NCBI GenBank assembly: GCA_951406725.2
Contig: OX597820.1
Location: 99,696,001-99,760,000 of the forward strand
From: Octopus vulgaris
Lineage: Eukaryota
Direction of reading: 5' to 3'
Length of the DNA stretch: 64,000 nucleotides
Under the pieces are notes generated by a model. That model had not been told where the DNA came from. It ran no database searches and saw nothing but the letters and a program-made list of their open reading frames with translations. Numbering within the stretch: position 1 is the first letter of the stretch; each line of letters begins with the position of its first letter. This document shows, one piece after another, positions 13,711 to 26,701 of the stretch. The position numbers and the translations under genes are program-made.

Positions 13711-14525
13711 CAAAGTCCGATCAATAAGTATCCGGACGGTTGTCATAGTAACGAAGGTAAAGCATGCAGAGTAAAGCTGCTTGACAAAGATTGACCTTCA
13801 AGTCAGCTGTGCACGCGCACTAAGTTGTAACGTTGTAGCTCGCTTTCGCTGTTTACTGTAGTGCTTGGCAGGAAGGTGTGTAGCGTGTCATCGTCGCAAT
13901 GACCATAACAGAGAAAGTTTTCACGGCGATACCTGCTCAAGAAGCCTAGACAAAGTTGAATTGCAGAAAGTGTATGGAAAGAAGTGTATGAACCGCACAC
14001 AAGTGTATGAGTGGGTCAGACGTTTCCAAGATGGCCGAATAAATGTCGGAATTGACGAACGTTCTGGGAGACCCGTGCCATTGTGAGGATAAATCGTCGA
14101 ATCAGCATCCGCGAGTTATCAGATGATGTGCAGATCAGTTATGGTTTAGTTCAGTCCAGTCCATTACCAGTGAAGATTTAAGTACGAGACGCGTGTATGC
14201 CAAGTTTGTGTCAGCACTGCTTTCAGCTGAACAAAGAGACACTGAAGTTTCAGTTGCACAAGATTTCCTTGATTGTGTCGAGAATGATGAAAACTGTTTG
14301 AAAACATTTGGCAAAATTTGATGCAGATTCTCTGCCCAACTTTCTCTGCCATACTCAATGCGAAGATCACACGCTACACGCCTTCCTCCCAAGCACTGCT
14401 GTAAACACACGGAAGATGCGCTTGCACAGCAGAATTCAAGGTCAGTCTGTGCCAAGCGGCATTACTCTGCGTGCTTTAGCTTTGTTACTATAGTGCCAGT
14501 CCGGATACTTATTGATCGGATCACA
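13711..14525 (+). mobile_element. Non-autonomous fold-back mariner derivative
   Basis: TA-flanked TIRs containing TCCGATCAATAAGTATCCGGAC; HTH fragment KVYGKKCMNRTQVYEWVRRFQDGR..DERSGRP; the right arm is an inverted copy of the 5' end. Confidence 0.88.
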
Positions 14526-14627
14526 TATATAGATAAAACAACTGAAAACAAAGGAGATCGTATAGAAAATGAGAAAGTTGAGATAATGAATTCATTGTAA
14601 AAATAACAATTATAATGAAGCTAAACC

Positions 14628-14838
14628 TTTTTACTATAGGCACAAGAGACCTGGAATTTTGTGAAGGGACTAAGTCGATTAAACCAACCCTAGTACTCAA
14701 CTGGTACTTATTTCATCTACTCTGAAAGGAAGAAAAGCAAAGTTGATTTCGGTGGGTTTGAACTCGGATTGTAAAAACAGATCACATGTCGCTAAGTATT
14801 TTGTCCGGCGTGTTAACAATTCTTTCCGTTTGCAGCCT
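14628..14838 (-). mobile_element. SINE family A (old copy)
   Basis: Reverse match to the head, core and tail 2 of family A. Confidence 0.75.
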
Positions 14839-15889
14839 TGATTATAAAAGAGTAATAGCTATGAAAGATAAATGTAACATGAGAAAGTAAATAAATGTAA
14901 GATGAAAAAGTAAATAAAATTCTAGAGAACGGGGGGCATTGTATAAATAATATGCAATGCACACAAGGAAGCCATTTTGTTGACATTGGAACAAGGTTGC
15001 TCAATAACGGACCCATAATTTCATTCATGTTACGAAGTCTTGCATCAAAATACCTGTAGACAACAGTCTTTCTTTACTCGGCGTAAACAAGTGTGAAAAC
15101 CCAGTTCTTTCACTGCTGTTATTATAAATACTTCTAGATTATGCATTGAGTACTAATTAATTTCATTTGTTTTAAAATGAATACACACATGTGCATACAC
15201 ATACATGTGCATATACACACACACAAATATACATACATATATACATATACATATGATTTCCCTTAACCATAGTGAGAGTATTAAAGAGTTTCAAATATGC
15301 AAGTATGTACTGGGAAAGTATAATATGTCGTACTGACACTCAGCTCTAGTACACGGTTATTTATGGCAGAAACAGTTGTAAGCTAACGAAAGTGATTACC
15401 TAACTTCCGTTCTTTAGTCATCCATTCATTCATATATATGTTCAGTTCAATGGTAAGTATGGCCATTGTTTATTAATGTGCTCAAAGTAAAGATGCTTTT
15501 ATTCCGCCAAGTTGATTATTTGCAGCTTTTAACACGGCTATTAGGTAGAAGTTTCTTTTCAACTAAATGCAATGCAGAATCATTGGTATTGTGTCCAGAT
15601 ATGTCTTGTCAAACGACTATTGGAAAAACAACGTTTGTTACATGATTAGCAGAAATATTTTCTTTCTGGTAGCGATGATCTATTATTAATTTGCTTTGTT
15701 TCATATAAACTTGAATGACGTGGCGAACTACATCAGCCTTAAAAGGTAACCTCGGTTATAAGAAGTTATTTATATGTATGTTGTTTGTTAGAATCGAATC
15801 TTAATTCTATTTTTGTGTGTTTTATGCGATTATCTTAAATAATCGTGAACGCACCGTGTATATATTTCCATCCATGGTTCCCTATCAAC

Positions 15890-16545
15890 TGCATGTTTTT
15901 TTAGAAAATTGTACTTTAATATAATTCATTTTTAGATCATATTTTAAACAGTCTGTGTATATTTGTTGATTTTCAAAAAAGCATTTGACATGTAAGAGAG
16001 AATTAACATGAGAATTTCCTGAAGACGTACAAGTGACGCTAATTGGAAGAGTACGAAATGTTTGTGAGAAAAGGTCGCATGCTGTTCTAAACAACAATGC
16101 AATTGTTTGAAAAAAACATAGGAGCTGCTCAATATCTCCAAGGTATTTCAATCTATTTCCTGAGCAAATCATGACAGACGCCCAAGAGGATTTTTAAAGC
16201 ACAGAGAAAATTGGTGCAAGATTAATAGTCAAAGATTTGCAGACGGCGTTTTTTTTTGTTTACTGCTTCTAAAGATGAATTACCTTATATAAGAAGACTT
16301 TGTATTCTTTCAATAAGTATGGTTTGGAATTCACTTGTAAAAAAATTTGGCTCATAGTGATGCAAGAAAACACAGAAAAATTAATCAGTGACACGGCCAT
16401 AACAGATTTAAATGAAATCATTAACATTCTAGCTGGAATTAGCTTGTACACTTCTCATCAACAAAAATTTAACCATTTTCCGAATTGCAATAGGAAAGAG
16501 TATATGATAGGGGTAGCAAGAATATTGCAACGAGTGACAAACTAA
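15890..16545 (+). mobile_element. Ancient RTE-like reverse transcriptase remnant
   Basis: Across frameshifts: FVDF.KAFD (about 15962), SISPRYFNLFPEQIM, RFADG (YADD-like) and KYGLE. Confidence 0.7.
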
Positions 16546-16643
16546 GGTAAATACAATCAATGATAAGTGAAGTTGTGAATTACACATACATAATGTATAT
16601 ATACTTGATATAAAGATATGTGTATATGCGTGTGTATGTATAC

Positions 16644-16711
<68 letters not shown>

Positions 16712-16723
16712 TATATATATATG

Positions 16724-16803
<80 letters not shown>

Positions 16804-17294
16804 AACAAGAACGAAAATGCTACTTTCTTAAAATTGGGTAAATTTTCCTCTTACATGTTTCGGTTTTTGAAAAACCCTATCAAAAATATGTACTAAAATG
16901 GAATATGTAAAGAGAAAAGAACTATTAAAAAAATTAAATTGAAATTAAAATTAAGATTAAAATTCATAGTTTATTTTCCTTTTTCCTGCAAGAAAAAGTG
17001 ATAACATCCTTTGAATAGTGTAGTCAAGACTTGTTTTCTTAGGAGTAGCTATAGCCGTCGAATAACTAGCATCAGTAATATTAATAGTCGTCGTAGTAAA
17101 GATATTCCCCCTGTAGTTTTAATAGAAATCGGGTTCTTCGAACCCTTTTCTTTAATTGTTATACATATATATACACACTCACCCGTATACACATATACAT
17201 ATATATGCACATAGACATACATAGATACATACATACACTCATATATATGCATAAACGTATACACACATACACACACATGCATGTACATACACCA

Positions 17295-17331
<37 letters not shown>

Positions 17332-17596
17332 CACATACACACAAACATACCCATATATATTTACAAATATATATACACACACATACCCATGCATATATAT
17401 ACATATATATATGTATATATATGCATGGGTATGTGTGTGTATGTGTATATATTACTTATTACTTATTGTATTATATTTATCATTCATTTTATACCTTTGG
17501 AAAAAAATTAATTATTATATATATTACTTGTTATTTATGTATTGGTTTATGTCTATCACTGTTTGAGTTGCATAATAGTGGTTTTATCTCTAATTT

Positions 17597-17639
<43 letters not shown>

Positions 17640-17744
17640 TCATATATATATATACACACATATATATATATACACATGCATAAATACACACATACACACA
17701 TACATACATATGCATTCACATACATCTAAAAAATCCCAGTGTTG

Positions 17745-19022
17745 CTAGTTTAGAGAATTTTAGACTCGATCGATATTTTCTCATGAAATGCATTTCCCTG
17801 CTAATGCATTCATTTTGGCTAGCATTGTCTTTGAATTTGTATAGTGGAAATGTTGTGAATTTGGGAAATTTGATGGAATCACATTCATCGATGTGCAGGC
17901 TGAGAGGTATTTTCCTGTATTCCGGAATTCTAATTTGAGATTTGTGCACCGCCATCCTCTGACGTAGGCTGTTTTTTGTGTGTTCAATATATTGCCGTTT
18001 ACATCCCGAGCATGTAATTAAGTAAATCAAGTTCTCCGATGCACATGTAAAATTAGTTTTCATGGTGAAATTATGACCTTGTTCTAATCGGTGTTCTAGA
18101 TCCTTCTATAATGTTGATACAAATCCCACATTTAGGTCTCCCGCATTTTTTTACTGTCGACTTAGTGGTTACTGTTGAGTGTAATTTGGTCTGGGTTAAA
18201 ATCTTTTTCATTGATTTTGGTAATCGCTTACTTTTGATGATTGTGTGTATTTTGAGGATCTGATTCATCTTTGGGTCTGTCTTGAGTAGAGCTGTACCGT
18301 GGAGTATGGTGTTGAAGGCCTCGTTGTTATGTGGGTTGTGTGTGTAAATGTAAGGCAGGGTTTTCAATTTTTCTTCCTTGTTTGGTCTTGGTTGTCTAAT
18401 TTCTTGTGTATTTAATTTAAGTACTCGTTGGATCGTATTGTTGATTAAGTGTTGTGGGTAATTCCTATTGATGAATGTGGTTTTCAATTCCTGGAGTCGT
18501 GTGTAACAAGTGTTTGATACTATTGTGCATATTCTTTTGGCTAAACAAAATGGGATATTCATCCTGGTGGGTCTCAGGTGGCAAGAATCAAATGGCAGGT
18601 ACTGTTTCGAGTCAGAGGGTTTATAACAGATATCTGTCTCTATTTTGTTCCCGACTTTCTTAATAAGAATATCTAAAAACGGTAGTTGCTCCTGGTTGTA
18701 CTCTATCGCAAAATTGGCGGTTTTCATTTATTTCATTTAGAAGTGTTTGGAATTCGTCGAGTTTTTTTATACTTTCATTCCAGAGGATGAAGAAATATAT
18801 TTTCCAGTTGTTTTGAACGTAGGTGGAAAAAGAGTTTCCGTATTTCTCGAGTGTTCTCTGGTATAGTTTAATCTCGAGATAGCCCATTATCAGGTTCGCA
18901 AAAGGTACAGTCCGTGTTCCCATTGCATTCATCGATTTTTGACGGAAGTAGTCATTGTTAAATATAAAATAATTGTTTTCTTGGATAAATCTTAGTCCTT
19001 CTATTATGAGTTCTTTTGTAAT
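17745..19022 (-). mobile_element. Penelope-like element: RT C-terminus plus GIY-YIG endonuclease, degenerate
   Basis: MGT..PFANLIMGYLE, LPFLDILI, YKPSD..YLPFDSCH, CGRPKCGIC and NLIYLITCSGCKRQYI..T..LRQRMAVHKSQI. Confidence 0.92.
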
Positions 19023-19557
19023 GAATTTTCAAAATTTCATTATGTTATCGCAGTTTTGTGAGATTTTACTGTTATTTATAGCATGTGGATCGCCTGCTTG
19101 AAGGCCTCAAGGTATATATTCTCTTTATTTTTTCTTGTTGAAAAATTGAAATTTTACAAAGTTTTTTCAAAATCGTAATCGTAGTTTTCTGCGTTTCGAA
19201 AAAAAAAAAAAAATTCCGGAAAAAGTGAAAAATGAAGCGAAGTGGGGAAAAATAAAAATTTGAAAATGGGATTTTTGAACTCTTTTTTTTTGAGAATCGG
19301 ATCCTCCATAACCAAAAACGTGGGATTCCGTAAGAGTAAATAAATAAATATATATATATCCATTTTACCTGAAGTTATGACGGAAAAATCGAATCTTGTG
19401 AATTTTCTGAAAGTCCCCTCCCCATCCCCCAGGGTCGTCAGCGCGAATTTTTTTCATATTCGTTTTCCATACATCTCCCAGGCTGGTTAATTTTTTTTGT
19501 TCCCGGCTGAAGGTATTTATATTGACCTATTTTAGACTCCTTATATGTATATTATGT

Positions 19558-19858
19558 GGAGGCACATGGCCTAGTGGTTAGCACATCAGACTCGCGGTCG
19601 AGGGATCGCGGTTCGAATCTCAGGCCGGGCGATGTGTGTGTTTATGAGCGAAACACCTAAGCTCCACGCGGCTCCAGTAGAAGGTAATGGCGAACTTCTG
19701 CTGACTGTTTCTGCACAACTTTCTCTCACTCTTTCCTCCAGCATCTTCCAGCTCACTTGCGACGGGCTGGCGTCCCGTCCAGGTGGAGAACCTATATGCC
19801 AAGGAAACCGGGAAACGGGCCCTATGAGCCAGGCGTGGCTCGAGAAGGAACAAACAAT
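19558..19858 (+). mobile_element. tRNA(Arg)-like SINE family C (octopus OR/OK-like)
   Basis: A box TGGCCTAGTGG, B box GGTTCGAATCTC, AACA tail; shares its head with 55072-55460. Confidence 0.85.
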
Positions 19859-19944
19859 ATGTATATTATAGTTATATTTTAAAGTATTTAAACCTGTATT
19901 TAGAATCTTAATAAAAAAAAGGAACATATAATGTTTCTTTCTTT

Positions 19945-20270
19945 TTGGCTCTTCGTCGGTTACGGTAAAGAGGGCTCCAGTAGATCCGTTTAATAGGACA
20001 AACTACTCGTGAAATTAACGTGCAAGTGGCTGAGCACTCCATAGAAACGTGCACTTTTAATGTAGTTTTGAGGGAGATTCAACCTGACATAAAATGTGAC
20101 GAAGCTGGTCCTTTCAATTACAGGTACAATTAATTTTTGCCAGCTGAGTAGACTGGAGCAAAGTGAAATAAAGTGTTTTGCTCAAGGGCACAACACGCCG
20201 CCAGGAATCGAGCTCAGAACTTTACTACTGTGAGCCGAATATCTTTAACCACAAAGCCACGCGCCTTCAC
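19945..20270 (-). mobile_element. tRNA-derived SINE family D
   Basis: Minus strand GGCGCGTGGCTTTGTGGTTA...GCTCGATTCC...GTGCCCTTGAGCAAAACACTT, a CORE/MESC-like start. Confidence 0.75.
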
Positions 20271-20922
20271 TGTAATGTTTCTAAACAATATGCAATGAAT
20301 GAATGCCATCATAAAAGAGAAAAAAGATCGTTATCTAATTCGACTTAATGCATTTGATTAAGGAAAATACACCTCTTCTTCCGATTCTAAATGAATTGTA
20401 ATCACTATAAATACGCGATGGTTACGTAACTGAAAACGATTTTATATGGGGAAAAAAAACAACCAAGCAAACAGCAACAACAACAAAAACAAACAAAAAC
20501 ATGGCAATTCCGCCTAAATGGGATCTACCGTAAATTACAATCTTACCTTCTAACTCTGTTTTCTTGTTCATGTCTCACTCTCTATCTCTATTCTTTGTTA
20601 CAGAAAATAGAGGGAGAGATAGTGGGAGGGACAGAGAGAAGACGGGAAAGAGAGAGAGAGAGTGAGAGAGATAGTGAATGAGAGATAACGAGATATTGAG
20701 AGAGACAGAGAAAGAGGGGGAGTAAGGCGTCTAGAAAGATTAAACGGGGATTGTCGACGTAAAAATGTGGTGCATCAGTAACATTACTCCTCCCCTCTCT
20801 ACACACATATGTATACGCACATTCTCAATATGTATGCACGTACACACACAGATACACATACATACATACATACATACATACATACATACATACATACATA
20901 CATACATACATACATTATATAT

Positions 20923-21162
20923 ATCTTTTATCTATCTTTTATTTGTTTCAGTCATTTAACTGCTGCCATGCTGGGGCACCGCCTTGAAGCGTTTTAGTCG
21001 AACAAATCGACCCCGGGACGTATTCTCTCGAGCCTAGTACTTATTCTATTAGTCTCTTTTACCAAACCACTAAGTTACAGAGAAATAAACGCATTAACAC
21101 CAGCTGTCAAGTGGTGGCGAGGGGGCAAACACAGACACAAAGACACACATAGAAATATACAT

Positions 21163-21234
<72 letters not shown>

Positions 21235-21387
21235 GACGGGATCTTTTAGTTTCCGTCTACCAAATCCACTCACAAAGCTTTGGTCGGCCCGAGACTATAG
21301 CAGAAGACGCTCAAGGTGCAACGTAGTGGGACTGAACCCGGAATCATGTCATTGGGAAGGGACCTTCTTACCATACAGTCACGACTG
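20923..21387 (-). mobile_element. SINE family B (tRNA head, conserved core, internal microsatellite)
   Basis: Reverse match to 57216-57710. Confidence 0.88.
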
Positions 21388-21621
21388 CGCATATATTGTT
21401 TACGAAACCAACTTTGTATTTGCGGTTCGACTTTTAACAAACCATGTTTTCTGCAATATATTTTCATGTATTAAATACTCCTCTCTCATTCGTTCCTCGC
21501 ACTTCAGCGTTCGTATCTATGTCGCTCTCTCTATGCATCTATGTATATATATCTCTCTCTCTCTAGATGTATATATCTCTGTCTAGAGATGTATTTATAT
21601 CTACATATATTAATATATATG

Positions 21622-21688
<67 letters not shown>

Positions 21689-21709
21689 TATATCTGTGTG
21701 TGTGTGTGT

Positions 21710-21744
<35 letters not shown>

Positions 21745-21864
21745 CATATATATATATATATCATGGCTACCGAATAATTGCTACATATTACATTTACAGA
21801 TAAATTCCTCTATTTACATAATATCGATGTCTCTTTCTTTCTTTTGTTGTCTTACCATTTTTAT

Positions 21865-21914
<50 letters not shown>

Positions 21915-21915
<1 letters not shown>

Positions 21916-22706
21916 AGGGAAACCACCATGTGGACGCCCATATGCTAGAAGTAGATCCGCTACGGTCTCACCACCAAGAAATGTTCTCAAGAAAAAATTA
22001 GCAAAACAACCAAAACGTAATCGAGCAAGACAAAAGAAAAAGTAATAAAAATATGGATTATTCGTATACATGTTTCACTATCAACAAATTACGCAATCTT
22101 ACTTACGTAACTTACATAATTGTCCGTAGATCATCGGTACGACCGTCCCAGGTGAATATAATTTGCAGGACTGCATACTAGGACGTCCACACAAAGTCAA
22201 ACTTGTAAAACAGTCCTACCCATTACACTCGTGGCTACTATTTAAAATGTCCTCGTTTTGGCGCGCTAAATTACCGGACAAAAACTGATGCTGCAGATAA
22301 AGTATTATTTGTAGTAAAGTATTATCTGCAGCATCAGTTTTTCCCGGTAATTTAGCGCGCCAAAACGAGGACATTTTAAATAGTAGCCACGTGTGTAATG
22401 GGTAGGACTGTTTTACAAGTCTGACTTTGTGTGGACGTCCTAGTATGCAGTCCTGCAAATTATATTAACCTTGGATGGTCGTACCGATGATCTACGGACA
22501 ATTACGTAAGTTACGTAAGTAAGATTGCGTAATTTGTTGATAGTGAAACATGTATACGAATAATCCATATTTTTATTACTTTTTCTTTTGTCTTGCTCGA
22601 TTATGTTTTGGTTGTTTTGCTTAATTTTTCTTGAGAACATTTCTTGGTGGTGAGACCGTAGCGGATCTATTTCTAGCATATGGGTGTTCACATGGTGGTT
22701 TCCCTC
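21915..22706. mobile_element. 792-bp palindromic fold-back MITE (GAG...CTC termini, possibly Sola)
   Basis: Arms 21915-22300 and 22322-22706 are near-perfect reverse complements. Confidence 0.9.
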
Positions 22707-22959
22707 TAATAAATATATAATACAGTTTTACTGAACCTTCAGTTTTTTTAATGCTAGATCACTGGTGTGAAATCGATGTTAATTAAATTAATATCTAATT
22801 TATCACCCTTATTTTAAATTCAAAATTAAATATATATATATATATAACATTTGCGTATGTATGTATATTTTTATGATATTTGTTTATGTATACATGCATG
22901 CATACGTAGATACATATACAGTTCCTAATTGGAACATTCGAACGATGGAGCTTTTTAAG

Positions 22960-23720
22960 TTTGTTAGTGATCAGTTCCTTTACCAGAATACTTGAAATAA
23001 TTAAAAGCAGAAGATAATATATATAAGCAAGTCTATATCCGTAAGTGCTGTATTAAAGAAAATCTGTATTCGTGCATGAATATTTTTATCAGCTGTTTGT
23101 AAAAATGTGTGTATATTACGTAAATGCTTGTAAGTGCTTGTATATTTTATATATTTATAATTCCTATTATGTATTTTATATGTTTGAATAATGTTAATTG
23201 TAACAATATAATTTCATTTGATGTACGTAGCATCGAACACTAAGGACGTTATCTGACTGGTTCTTTTTCTTATCTTTTCTTAGCCAATGAAACTGTTTCT
23301 TTTAGTATTGACTCTCAGACACTTTAATTATTATTCTACTCAAAGAGGTATTTGATTAGATATACTACAATTTCTCTGTCTATTTGTTTGTGATTGTCGT
23401 ATAATGTTTAAACGTATAAACTTATAAACGTATAAACGATGGATTTACTGCTATTTATTTTTTCGACACATTTTTTCTTCATTAACAAGCTTGTGAATTT
23501 GCATTTAGTATTCCAAACTGTTGTCGGTCTGTGTTAGATATGCTTTAAGTCTTTCAAGCCCTTGATTCTTCTGTGAATGTCATTCAATCAGAAATCTCTT
23601 TTGTAAAATACTATTAGTTGCTTCAGGGTTCCATGATGTCACAGTATAACTAACTGGTAGAATTTTTCTGTTTCCTTCTCGTGTAATTATTGTCATGATA
23701 AAAATCGCATTTCAGCTAAA
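22960..23720 (-). mobile_element. Possible very old LINE RT remnant
   Basis: Weak NYRPVS-like trace near 23665 on the minus strand; no ORF. Confidence 0.3.
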
Positions 23721-23780
23721 GTTAAAAGATAATGTTTAGACACTTACAATAGAACAAGTAATGTTGGAGTAAAACCTTCT

Positions 23781-24174
23781 TACATTATTTACAATGGACG
23801 GATAAGAGCTCTCGCCTTATTTGTTGTTACCACAATGTTTCGGCTGATGTACTCTCCAGCCTTCATCAGGTATTCTGCCGACGGGCATATAGCCTAGTGG
23901 ATAACAGCGCGGGCTATTAACCCTCGGATTCTGAGTTCAGTCCCTGGCAGGACTTGGAAAATAACATCAACAAAAAGAAATAGGTTACCTAAGGAATGAG
24001 AACAGAGTACTCCATTAGTCAAATAAAGGGTTGAGTTCGAAATTCCACCAGAACACCCGATGAAGACTGGAGAGTACATCAGCTGAAACGCTGTGGTAAC
24101 GAAAAACAAGGTGAGGACTCCTATCTGTCTATTTTAAATAATGTACATAATTCCTCATCTCAAAAATATTGAAT
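23781..24174 (+). mobile_element. tRNA-headed, hammerhead-containing element with 5' inverted partial repeat and 13-bp TSD
   Basis: TSD AGTAAAACCTT(C/G)T at 23768-23780 and 24175-24187; inverted arm 23781-23877; A and B boxes within 23890-23944; hammerhead core 24057-24089. Confidence 0.85.
23829..23874 (-). ncRNA. Minimal type-I hammerhead ribozyme motif
   Basis: CTGATGA-a-ggctg(gagagtacat)cagcc-GAAAC-ATT. Confidence 0.75.
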
Positions 24175-24379
24175 AGTAAAACCTTGTGTACCCTTCGCAT
24201 TTACTCTCCAACCATTAAAGATTCAACATTAATTACCACTAACGCTTGATAAAGAGAAAGAAAATGTGCATTTCTGATTGGGTGGCTTTATGGGAGACGT
24301 AAATGTTTTAAACTGCCAATTATTTTTTATACATCATCATATTTTCCTACTTGCTCAACATATTTAAAAAAAATTGTTT

Positions 24380-24860
24380 CCTTGCCTATATTCTGCCATA
24401 ATGCTTTTAGAATACCTCAAGGTACACCACACTATACATATAAGCATACCACACCACATACATTTGTCTCATTGCATTTTATTGCCTATATTACCTTAAT
24501 TTATCAGCAGGAATTCCTGATATCATTTCTGTTAGATGCTACTGCTATCTACAATTTAATAGCACTGCTTCATTTTCAGTTCGCGAGAACTCGGCTACGC
24601 CACATTATTTTTTATGCAATACGCTTGCTTATCTCATTGAGACGGTTAACATTGCCAATTAACTTTATATCCTACCCATTAAACATACATAACCATATTT
24701 CCAGGCACCCTTGGACTTTTAATTACTTATAGATAACCATTATCACTGAATTCATTTTTGGATCGAGACTCATTTTTTCTCGTCTACAAGCACTGAAAAG
24801 CGTACAAACTCACTCGAATATCTACAACTTGTATACACAAGTTGGTGCCTATAGTGATTT
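24380..24860 (-). mobile_element. Possible very old RTE-like RT remnant
   Basis: Weak QG and YADD-like traces on the minus strand only. Confidence 0.25.
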
Positions 24861-25737
24861 AGAGCTACACACACTTATGACCGCATATGAGTAGCTTTGC
24901 TTACATGTATGCCTTGGTCTGAACAGTGTTCACTCACACTGGTTTGAATATATATTTTTTCACGGTATACAAGCTTTATTTTTCTTAGTACTCTCCTAAT
25001 CTCAAAATGACACCAACTACTGCATGCATACATATATCCATAAATGCATACATATACATACTCATACATACATACAAGGATAAATTTTAAAAAAAACACA
25101 CACATGAAAGGATGAGATATGCAAAAAATAAAAAATAAAACGTAAAAAACAAATAACAAGCAAGAAGCAAAGCTAAAAACAGCATAAATACCAACACACA
25201 AATACACACATAAGCATACATATACTGTAGATTTATTTAGATACGTGTGAACGTAATTAATATTAAAATCCAAAGTCCAAATGTTCAATGCATCTTCAAC
25301 GCAATATCTATCCTACATACACAATCGCCCAGTACATACAATAGTACACAGAGTACCATCACCCCCATCCCAATTATAATCACACACACAGATATTATAT
25401 ACAAACATTCGTGTATGATTGTATGTGTGTGCATGTGTGGGCATGCGTGTGCATGTGAATATATATATTTGTATCTGGAGTTACGCCCATAGAATATGTA
25501 AATATAAATATCGTAACATTGATCATTTACTAGTTGAGAACAAAGAGCAAAAGTCAAGTAGGTTATGTCAGTAGAGAAGGTTTGGAAAACACACACTGTA
25601 ATGAATAGAAACACAAGCTAGGACGAAAGAGATTTGACAAACCAATTAATCAACTAAATAACACCTAAAATAACAATAAAATCAATTAAACGAACGATAT
25701 ACAAAAGCAATGAGTGTGATATAACAGGTAGTATGAT

Positions 25738-26048
25738 ACTCTTACTCTTATACTATTTTACTTGTTTCAGTCATTTGACTGTGGTCATGCTGGAGCACCA
25801 CCTTTAGTCGACCAAATCGACCCCAGGACTTATTCTTTGTAAGCCTAGTACTTATTCTATCGGTCTCTTTTGCCGAACCACTAAGTTACAGGGACGTAAA
25901 CACACCAGCATCGGTTGTCAAGCGATGTTGGGGGGACAATCTCATACACACACATATAGTAGAAGACACTTGCTCAAGGTGCCACGCAGTGGGACTGAAC
26001 CCAGAACCATGTAGTTAGTTAGCAAGCTACTTACCACACAGCCACTCC
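25738..26048 (-). mobile_element. SINE family B (internally deleted)
   Basis: Head and tail match 57216-57710. Confidence 0.88.
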
Positions 26049-26248
26049 TTAGGTATTCTAACGATACTTGTTTGAAAAAATAAGTTCTGCACGCATTCAT
26101 ACACATTACCTGCATACATACATGCACACACAGACACATACACACACAAATACATGCGTTTATAAAGAAATATAAACACAGACACATATATGAACGTATG
26201 TATACATATATAAATGTATGTATATATGTACATATGTATGAATATGTA

Positions 26249-26281
<33 letters not shown>

Positions 26282-26701
26282 TGTCGTACGTGCCCGAACC
26301 TATAAAACATAAGGACATATACTAAAATATTCCTAGGATTTACTTATTCCATAATGGAAGAGAAAGGGTGCGCATGGACATAATATAAAACCGGGTCGAG
26401 AGACCGCAGTGTTTCAACCCAGACACGTCCTCTTCAATCAGTGACTGAAATATCTATACGTCTCATCATTCACTGGGGTGCCTACATAAATTAAACACTG
26501 CATACAGACAGTACGGCATTCGGATAATTCAATGCAAGTAATTTCCTCGCTAAAACATATCACTTGAAGTTTCATCGCAAAGTAGTTACATCGCACCCGC
26601 ATGTATTAACGCATACATACATACATGCAAACATACATACATACATACATACATACATACATACATACATACATACATACAAACATACATACATACATAC
26701 A

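Noticed and set aside
19023-19550. Possible Helitron/HINE-like repeat
   Set aside because: No second copy or diagnostic termini in the window.
19558-19632. tRNA gene (likewise 23883-23950 and 55388-55460)
   Set aside because: Continues into a SINE body, with no convincing acceptor stem or terminator.
26410-26450. Minus-strand TTGAAGA...GAAAC
   Set aside because: Core mutated, stems poor and no second copy.
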